From contig NC_068984.1 in the NCBI RefSeq assembly GCF_001194135.2, positions 90,765,855 to 90,829,854 of the forward strand: DNA of 64,000 nucleotides, read 5' to 3'. The first letter of the stretch is position 1, and each line of letters opens with the position of its first letter. The notes below the pieces were generated by a model. The model worked only from the letters and a program-made list of their open reading frames with translations. It searched no databases and was not told where the DNA came from. The translations under genes were made by a program, and so were the position numbers. Of this stretch, positions 54,487 through 64,000 are shown piece after piece. This stretch comes from Octopus bimaculoides (lineage: Eukaryota).

Positions 54487-55481
54487 CTGAAAATATGAAC
54501 AAAGTAATTCATGTTAATTAGAAATACTAAAATAATTAAATCAGTATGTATTGTGGTTTAGTTGGCAAAGTAAAAAAAACGAATTTATATAAGACTTAGA
54601 ATTGAGTTGACCTATTCAAAACTATCTATAATTCTATGATACAAAACTTCCAGTTCTAAAATTTAACATAAATTAATACTGGCTTTCATAATTCTCTGCA
54701 AAAAATATTTGGTAAACTTATGTTCCAAGCACCAGTTTAATACTATTAAATATTTATTTTAGTAATTTCTCCAAATCCTTGATTGTTTTTAAATTCAAAA
54801 AATACAGGCTGTATGTTACCCTAATGTGGAAATAAAAGGGTTAAATAACATTCTTTTTTATTTTCTTCCTTGTTTAAGTCATTGAGTTTTAGTCACTAAT
54901 ATCAAGCCCAGTACTTATAATGTTCCTAATTGAGAGTATATATATATTTGTTTAAATGACTAAAAATATCTACATTAACGGCCAGAACCCCCCCGGGCCA
55001 TATTGCTATAATTTTGCAATGAAACTTGAAAATCTTTTGTAAACTTAAACCTAGAAAAAATACTGATTTCTAACAAAAAATTTTCATTTTCTAGACTCTC
55101 AGAAGGGTGAAAGATGAAAACAAGTTTGGTGGGAACTGAATTCAAGAACATGTTACTGAGTTGGATTTTATATTAAAAAGATTAAATGAAGAAACAATAA
55201 TAAGAGAAATAGTTGATTGATTGATTTCCAACACAATGATTGATGTTGCAAAAACTATATCTATGACAGCTTACATGTTAGAATAAAAAAACACAAGTCT
55301 AAGCTGTTGCTGAAAGTATATTAGGCCCAAATATTCCCTGGAGAACTGCTCTTATTTTTGTGATGGTACATCTCTTTTGACCACTGGTATTGTTTATAAT
55401 ACTCAGAGGACATTTTTTTTTGACACCTTTCAAGTGCTAGTCCAGTAATATAGAATGTTGTCAGTGTTACTTTTATAATTA

Positions 55482-56721
55482 TTAGGTCGTCCGGTAAGTT
55501 CTGAGCGTTTTTAAGCTAAATCTTTTAACGCCTCATTGAACACACCTGAAACATAACACAGTTAAAACTTTGGTGTTGCTTGAAGTGGTAGTGCATCTCT
55601 TCTTTGCTCCTGACTAAAAATCGATTTATCTTTCATTCCAGTTACACTTTATTTGAAATGGATAACTAAAAATTTCATATTCGCATTATAATGCTTTTCT
55701 TTTTTAAAAAAGGAGAAAATGCTGCAAAGATTTGCAAAAACATTTGTGAAGTTTATCGTGATGATGCTGGAGGTGGTTTGCAAAATTTAAAGTTGGAGAG
55801 TTTAGCTTGGAGGATGAGTCACAGTGGAAGACCTTCAAAATTGGATGAAGATGTTTTGAAGGCAAAAATCAAAGAAAACTCAAATATCCTGACTAAAGAA
55901 CTTGCAGAGAAGTTGGATGTTCTAAAAGTACAGCTCATGAACACCTAGTGAAGCTAGGATACATTTCTTGCTATAATGTATGGATCCCTCACAAACTCTC
56001 AGAACTGGTATTCCGTTTGTGATATTCTTTTGAAATGGAATGAAAGCATGCCTTTTTTAAACAACTTGTGACTGGAAACAAAAAATGGATTGTGTATGAA
56101 AATGTAGTGTGAAAAAGATCCTGGAGTTTGCATAAGGATTCCCCAAAACAGCAACCAAAGACAAATATCCACTCCAAAAACAGTTATGCTTTGTGTTTGG
56201 TGGGATCATAAAGGCATTATTTATCATGAACTTCTCCCACAAAGCCAGACCATTAATTCTGATGTGTACTGTCATCAGCTAGCCAATATGAACCAGATAA
56301 AAAAAAAAATCAAAAAATTAAGGCCCAAGATTACCAATGGGAAAGGGGTAGTGTTCCAACAAGACAATGCCTGACCACATGTGTCTTTGGTTACCCAAAC
56401 AAAGTTACATGAACTTGGCTGGGATCTCTTACCCCATCCACCATATTCTCCTGATATTGTGCCATCCGACTACCACTTGTTTTTGTCTCTACAGAACTCA
56501 TTGCAAGGAAAAACTTAACAATTTACATGGAGTCAAAATTTATCTAGGTAACTCGTTTTTTTCAAAACCAGTCAAATTTTATTCTGATAAAATATTTAAA
56601 TTGCCTGAGGTCATTAATAATAATGGAAATTATTTCTTTGAATAAAATTTATTGAAAGGTCAATTATTCAAATTCTTTTTTTGCATATTAAAAAATGCTC
56701 AGAACTTTCTGGACAACCTAA
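55482..56721 (+). mobile_element. mariner transposon, decayed
   Basis: TIRs ttaggtcgtccggtaagttctgagcg / gctcagaactttctggacaacctaa with TA flanks. MLCVWWDHKGIIYHELL..FQQDNA. Confidence 0.95.
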
Positions 56722-56929
56722 TACAATAGCACTTTTCTCTCTCCTCTCAATCCCACATAAACATTGCAAAACTCTTTCTATTGTGCACATTACTGATAAA
56801 TATTAAGCTAGAAAGAAAGTCCTGTCATATTTAGTAAAATAAGCATTGACTTTTTGCTAATGTATTTTCCTTTCTTTGAAGATTACTTTATACTATAGTG
56901 GTTAAATTCATATCAATTTTTACCCTTTT

Positions 56930-57930
56930 AAAATGAATTTAGGTCAGACCCATATCAAACAAATGCATGCAATGTGAATTCAAAAGGATGTCTTTAGCAA
57001 TGGAAGCAGCTACAAATATTTGTTCTGTCTATGGAAATGAAGTTTTACATATTTGGACATGCTAGTAAAGGTTTGGTCAGTTTTGCTTAGGAAGTTTTTC
57101 CCTTGCAGATTTTTCTGGATCTGGATGACCAAGTTCTGTCAATAATGAGCTTTTGAAGACTGTATTTGAGGAAAATCCAAAGCAAACTGCACCAGAATTA
57201 GCAAAGTATTTCAATACAAGTCACATGTTGATCATAAAATACCATGAACTAGGAAAAGTGTCTACATTTGGTCAGTGAGTTCCTCATCATCTGATTACTT
57301 CTCAGCTTAATCAAAGAGTTGCTCTCTACTTGTCACTAAAGAGTTGACTTGCTACGGAACCTTTCCTGGGTAGAATCGTCACATGTGATGAAAAGCATGT
57401 TTTCTATAATCATATCCAATGAAAACAATAATAGTCAGCACCTGATTAAAAAAAAGAATTCATCCCTAAACCAGGACTGCAACTGGAAAAAGTTATGCTC
57501 TGTTTTTGATGGGACAAAGGGTGTTGCCTATCATGAAGTGTTAAATGAAAACAAAACATTGTAGAGAAGTATTGACAATAAAAGACAATGCAAAAAAATT
57601 TTCAGAAAAAGTGCCCAGCATTGGTCAATAGTAAAGGGTGTTGCTCTTACATGATAGTGCAAGACCATATATTGCCCAAGTCACTCAGGAAAAGGTTATG
57701 GTACAAAAAATGGAAGTTTTGCCATATCCTTTTTACTCTCCTGACCTTGCTCAATTTGACTATTATCTTTTCAAATCATTGCAATATTATTTAGCAGAAA
57801 AACAGTTAAAAATAGGCCTGAATGATTCTTTGCTTCAAAACCTGAAGAACTTTATGTCCAGAGGTTCAACAATTTGCCAAATAGCTTGGACAATGTTATC
57901 AATAATGAAGAGAAAAATATCTTGATCAAA
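56930..57930 (+). mobile_element. old mariner remnant
   Basis: Remnants LGRIVTCDEK, LHDSARPY and LPYPFYSPDLAQFDYYLFKSLQ. Confidence 0.8.
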
Positions 57931-58829
57931 TATATCAACTAAGATCAAAGAAACATTTTTTCTTCCTCTTGAAATGTAACAGGAGTTTCTTTCCAACCTA
58001 ATACTAACTTCAATTCTTTGAAGCTCCATATAGATTCTCCTCAATCTCTTTTATTCCCACTAACCTTTCCAATTACGATTTCAATGGCAATGCTCTCCAC
58101 ATGGACATCAGTAAAACAAAATTCAAATTTGAAATAACTCCAAAATAATTAGGCCCCTGCTGATATTAAGAGACTAGGAGTGGTGAACGATAAGTGAAGA
58201 ATAGCAGAAATGGCAAAGTAACACTAAATGTCTTGCAAGATTTAGCTACATCCCCTTACAATGAAATCCTGCATTGATTTACTTGGTTTTTTAGTTTCTG
58301 AGGTCAATGAAACTAGTACTAGTCAAGTACTGACAGTCAATAAACACTCCACCTAAAGATTGTGGATTGCCAATATTAGAAATTACCATTATTCAATCAA
58401 CTAGTGCATAAACAGCACATATACTGAATCTACTAAGGTGAAGTTCTAACAACTGATGTTAATTTTGGACGCATCCTTATTATTATTTGTAGTTGCAAAA
58501 ACAAGGATTTTAAGATACTGTATAAACACGCTACACTTGTAGCAAGTCTGGCAATCAGCCAAAGAGTTTCAACAACAAATTAACATTTACACATGCAATC
58601 CTTTCATATCATAGCCAACATTACTATCAGTTTCAGCAGTTTATATGAACTACTTCCCAAGTTTAGAAGTTTTCAAATTCTGCAGCATGTTCATTTTCTC
58701 AAGATATACATTAATGTTACTCACTAAAAATTTATTTTTACATGTCTCAGCCCAAAAGCTGTGGCCATACTGGGGCACTGCCAATCTCCTCATCTTTTCA
58801 ATAGCCATTCTCATGTGGTTGGGCTTTTA

Positions 58830-60640
58830 GTGGAGGAAGGAGTTTGTTATTGCTGCCCTCTTTTGAGTTTCTTGTCATGATGTAGGTTCATCTGGGATCT
58901 TGGAGAGCAGAAGATCAAGTTGCTTCTTGAAAATAATTGCCCCCACTCCATGTAGATCTCTCAGGTTTTTTTGGTAAGGTTTAGTGCCAACCCCTCTAGG
59001 ATCCTCCATAAGTATATCACAGCATATCTCTCCAGGAAGTAGAGTTGTAAACCTTTCAGTCTCTCCCAGTAGCCCAACTTCCTGATGTAGCACCACTGAA
59101 CTGCTTCAAGTTCAGCAATTAATTTGACATTATAGGGTGACCATAAAAGAGAGCAGTAGTCCAGATGACTGAAAATAAATGTCCTCCATATAGGACCAGC
59201 AGAATTTCCTGCTCCCTTCTTCTGAAAGTTCTCAGAATCTATCCAGCAATTCACTGGCACACAAACACCATCTTGGTGATATGTACATGGAATGAGGCAC
59301 CGTTGCTCATATCAATTCCTAGGTCATACACTGTATTTGACTCTGGGGTTACTTCTCCCTTTGGTTCAAAGTATCTCTGTTGCAGTGTGTTAGCAAAATC
59401 GGGCTGACAATGAAGGGCTTGAAATTTTCCTGCATTAGATTGCATGTTGTCTTCTTCAGCCCATTTATTTATGGCATCTAGGTCATTCTGTAGACAATTA
59501 GCATCAAGAAAGTCCTTGACTGCTTGTGCTACTTTTGTATCGTCAGCATAGCTAGTAGGTGTGGCTGACTGTGATGACATGTCCGAGAGAGCAACCACAA
59601 ACAGTAGCAATCCCAGGACAGTTGCTTGAAGCACCCCACTCACTATTTATGCCTCTTTAGAGGCCAGCATTGTCTTCCACAGCTGAGCTTCTGTTTTTTT
59701 TTTAAAGAAGTCATGTAACCACTCTCCCAGTTTCCTAACTATACTGAGTCCTTGTAACTTGTGACATATCATCTTCTGATCAGCCTTATTAAAAGCTGTT
59801 GCAAAATCAAGATATATCACATCCACATTTGAGTGATTTATAAGTTGTTTCAACACTCAACAATAATGCTGCAGAAGCTGTGTAAGCCATACTAGGTCTC
59901 AGGGAGCAAGCCATTATCTTTTAGGAATGTGATCAGCTTCCTCCTGACAATTTGTTCCTTGGCTTTGCTGACCTGAGAGGTTAGAGAGACAGGCCTATAA
60001 TGCTTAGCACCTGCTCTGCTTCCTTCTTTAAGGATAGGACATATGCTTTCCTTTAGCTTTCGGGGAAAGTCTGCTACTTGCAAGGAAGCTTTGAAAGAAG
60101 ATCTGCAGTGGTTTTGCTAAAGCCCTTTGCGTTTCTTTAGAAGGACTGATGGGAAACTATCAGGGCTCATGGCTGAGTTTAAGCTCATTTTATCAATGAG
60201 CTGATATTACATCAGTTTCTTCTCTTTTGATATAATCAATACTTCTCATCCCTTCATGTAGAACTGTGATGTCAATGAACTCATCATAGTTATTTGCAAG
60301 TGTCCCAATGGTGATGTGAAGATACTTCCATATTGCACATTCAGTATTTCACTCATTTTTGGGGGGGTCCACAATCAGTGAACCATTTTTTCGAACAGTA
60401 GCCCTGTCTTGTACCATGCTGAAGCAGACAGCTTTTGGAAATCTATAGAAGGCTTTAGGCTTTGTCTTTACATTTTTTGCAGCCCTGGCTTGTTTTTCTG
60501 CCCTTTCCTTTTCATGGGAGTATTTGAGTTCACTTTCAATTTCAAACAGTGTTTGAGATAGTATTCTTTACTATCCTTTAGTGGCTCATTCAGATGATTT
60601 GAGATCTTTGCTCATTGTCTCATTAGAATTTTCTTAACCC
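58830..60640 (-). mobile_element. CR1-group LINE, RT to C-terminus, decayed
   Basis: YRPVSLTSQVSK, DVIYLDFATAFNK, SGVLQATVLGLLLF, YADDTKV, SHLDYCSLLWSPY. Confidence 0.9.
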
Positions 60641-60688
60641 TGGGAATTATGTTCACAATTTATTTTCATTTAACCAATATACATAATA

Positions 60689-61856
60689 TCGGGTCATCCC
60701 ATTAATAATGTGGCTTTTTTTATACTTCTTTTATTTTTCAAAATTAAGATAAACAAAATTCCTTTTTTTAAAATCTAAAATATACTATCCTTCATTTTCT
60801 ACAATGATCTTTCATCTATCTAGTAGACTTACAAGGCCTCTCTTTCAAAATTCACTTGTCCTTGATGAAAAATACTCCTCCAGTACTGTTCAGACCTCGT
60901 CTACAGAATTCATATTTTTTCTGTCTAAATGATTTTGAAGACTGTGGAATAAATGATAATCAGATGGGGCAATGTCCAGCAAATATGGTGGGTGGAGTAT
61001 TGTTTCCCATTCAAACTGCTCCAGGCTTTGGAATGTCATCCTCGCTGTATGTTGTCGAGCATTATCTTGATAGAACACCTTTTTGTCTTGAAACCGAAGG
61101 TCATTTTTCTTCTAGCACTGAGCTTAAGCCGCTCAAGCTGCTCGCAGTAGATCTCCTTTGTCATCATTTGGTTTGGGTTTAAAACTTCAAAGTGGACAAA
61201 ACCTTTCATATCCCACCAAACAGATAACAACACCTTACGTGGGTAAAGATCTTCTTTAGCCTGGGAGTGCCAGTGTTTCTCCTTTTCTTACCCACTCTTT
61301 GGCACTTGACATTTTTATAGAGAACCCATTTCTCTTCACCAGTCACTATCCGGTCCAAAAAAGGTTCATTCATGAGATGTGACAGCAGAGAAGAGCACAC
61401 ATTCACTCTTTGCATGCGATTAGACTTGGAAAGTTTGTGAGGAGCCCATTGACCTAATTTGCTGACTTTTCTGATGGCACACAGGTGTTGATGAATGGTT
61501 GAATGACCAAAGCCAAGCTTCTCTGCTAGTTCCTCAACAGTTACAATGAGATTTTGTTTCACCAGGGTTTGCAGGACATTCTCATCAAGCTCTACAGATC
61601 TTCCAGGATGAGGCTCGTCTTCTAGGCTGTAGTTTCTGGCTCGGAATTTCTGGAACCACTGCTGGCACTGGCTTATGCTTATTGTCCAACCTCATATACT
61701 GCATTAATATTCCTAACCCTTCCCATTGTGTTATTGCCTCTAGTGAACTCATACTACCTGCTTTTATAGCAAGTTGATGCAGATAGTTTATCCCTTCCCT
61801 TTCCAACTTTTAGTTCATGCAATTGAAAAAACCGCATTATTTATGGCACAACCCAA
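60689..61856 (-). mobile_element. mariner transposon, decayed
   Basis: TA-flanked TIRs. WAPHKL, IVTGEEKWVLY, LSVWWDMKG, FYQDNARQH, HPPYLLDIAPSDYHLF. Confidence 0.95.
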
Positions 61857-62530
61857 TACTTTACTTTACTTTTACTTTCTAATTTAAAGCAAGTAAAAGG
61901 AACTCTTCTGACACATGTAATAAATGTACATTTGTTTTCCTTAGAAACATTTTGCATCATAACTATAGTGTGACACAAGATGTTAAAACTGTCAAAAGTT
62001 TTTAAGAAGAATAAATGAAAACATTTTTTATCCCTTTGCATTAAAATTTCAAAAATATTTATAACATGTTAAACTCTCTGAATTAAACTATAGCAATATT
62101 GTTTCCTTGAATGATTAATTTCAATTAATATTTAACTAAATTTTTCAAGAGTAAATACTTTTGCCAATGACAAATCTAAAGTCAAAAATTTCCTTAGTAA
62201 AGGTAAGTACCAAATGTTTTTACTCAGAAATATATTTATTGCCAAAGGAAGTAAAAAAAAAAAATAGTTACAGTAACAAATACACAGAGGTAACCAACAT
62301 GCCCACAGATCGTGATTCCGACAAAATAAGCTAATAAATTGCTGAATCTTATAACTGCTATAAGAAATGATAATTTTTTTAAAAAGAAAATGAAATAAAC
62401 TATTTACATATTCATAGAGTTTTTGATGAAGCTAAAATGACATTAGATCAATGGGATCATGATTATAACAGAAAATATTTTACAAATTTATAACAGTTTT
62501 AAAATTATAAAGCAAACAAAAAAATTTTAC

Positions 62531-62714
62531 CTGCTAATTTATTTACTAAAAATCGCTCCCCTTGATTAAATATCTGGATAAAAGACATGTTGCGATCATG
62601 AATATAGTCTAATTTTTCATACGTCTGGTCATAGTGCTTGATCCGTTGCAAAAAGTCACCTACTGCTTCATTTTTATCCATTCCTATGTAGTCAGGGCTG
62701 CAAATCTTGACTTC
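62531..62714 (-). CDS. PFKFB: PFKFB coding exon (end of 6-phosphofructo-2-kinase domain), most upstream exon visible in the window
   Basis: ag|GAA...GCA G|gtaaa. Translates EVKICSPDYIGMDKNEAVGDFLQRIKHYDQTYEKLDYIHDRNMSFIQIFNQGERFLVNKLA, matching PFKFB EVKISSPDY...GRRFLVN. 184 nt, ends in phase 1. Confidence 0.96.
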
Positions 62715-62757
62715 CTAAACAAACATAAAAGCATAGAAATAACTGTTAAATAGTTAA

Positions 62758-62977
62758 CCCTTTCATTACCAACCAAGCTGAAACCGGCTCTAGCTCTGAA
62801 TACAAATGTCTTGTTTTCATAAGTTTTTAATTAAAATCTTCCACCAAATCTTAGTCACAATTTATGTTCTTAACACTAGCCGAATGATAACTAAGTTATT
62901 TTACTAAATTCTTTGTTATATTTAAAGTAGCTGAAAGAAACACAAAGCATCTCAAAATAAATACAGTAATGAAAGGG
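62758..62977. mobile_element. 220-bp piggyBac-type MITE
   Basis: TTAA|ccctttcattac ... gtaatgaaaggg|TTAA: perfect 12-bp TIR with TTAA TSD. Confidence 0.9.
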
Positions 62978-64000
62978 TTAAAATTAGAATTTCATTTTCA
63001 ACATTGTAATCGAAATTGCTTACTTTCTTCTCAACAGTGAAATGCTCAAGTCAACTTGTACTAAAGAAAATCTAGAATATTTCACTGTATAATGACATAT
63101 TCAAAAGGTAAACATTATGTGAGAGAGAATTTCAGAAGATAAACATTCTTGATATTAAATTTTAATAATATATTTATATGGTGATAATAACTTAGTAAAT
63201 GAAGCAAGACATGAGTGTGTTTGCATGTGTTCTGCAGCCATCTAGGAATTACATTTTAGATAACAGCCAGTTTATTTAGAGCTGTTTTAACTGAGCTCAT
63301 AAGAAATTTTGTTTTTTTTAAGTGAAGAAAATGTAAACCAAAAGGGTTTTAAAAAATGAAGTAAGAAGAAAAAAAAGAAAAAAACACAAAAAAGCTATAA
63401 AAAAACGAAACAAAAAGAAAGCAAAACAAAAAAACTTCATTTGGCAAAAGTATGGTAGTTTTGATGATGTTGATGTTGATAATATATACACACACACACT
63501 CAACAAAAGTATCTTATTGCAGTCAGAATGTTGTTGATAGATGCCAGTAGAAAATAGCAAAGGTTTGAAGACTTTGCTTATATTAAGTAACCCATTTCAA
63601 GGTTATACAGGTTACAAGGAAAAAATCTAACAGTCTGTTGTCTGTTATTTGCTTCATATGCAGATCTGTATCATGGTCAAATCAAATGAAGTCAAATCAA
63701 GATCAGTAGTTGTCAATTACACAAAAGAATTGCAAAACAAAATTATTAAAAAAACCCATTACTTAGAGAAATGTTTTTATTAGATATATCACTGCATGCA
63801 TGCGCGCATACACACACAAACACACACACATGCACACATGAGTGCACAGATGTACAATAGATATCATCGTTATTGTTTTAACAAGTACTTTTTTGTATGA
63901 TGTGAGCTAAAGAAGAAAACTTCTTGAAGCAGTACTCTACTAGATTATTTGTTTGGAGGATATAAGCAACACATATACACACACACACACACACACATAT

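Overview
AT-rich, repeat-dense eukaryotic genomic DNA with four assembly gaps. The SINE, LINE and microsatellite complement looks like an octopus (coleoid cephalopod) genome; this is inferred, not proven. The window lies inside one minus-strand gene, a 6-phosphofructo-2-kinase/fructose-2,6-bisphosphatase (PFKFB). Eight GT-AG exons (840 nt, 280 codons) join in frame and cover the end of the kinase domain and the whole bisphosphatase domain (RHG, NEID and CHQA motifs). A 39.5-kb intron precedes the last confidently placed exon, and candidate C-terminal microexons lie near the left edge. The introns hold mariner, piggyBac, RTE, CR1, R4/Dong-like, Penelope-like, LTR and SINE remnants, several nested with readable target-site duplications (TSDs). 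The most interesting signal is a family of ~310-350-nt hammerhead-ribozyme repeats (retrozyme or Penelope pLTR-like). One copy has a nearly complete minimal type I hammerhead on the same strand as the PFKFB pre-mRNA (16873-16932). Another copy (51887-54303) carries a 104-bp hairpin and has an L1/Tx1-type ORF1 element inserted just upstream of its hammerhead with its own 15-bp TSD, suggesting a Tx1 lineage that targets ribozyme repeats. All calls were made by eye; no alignments or folding programs were run.
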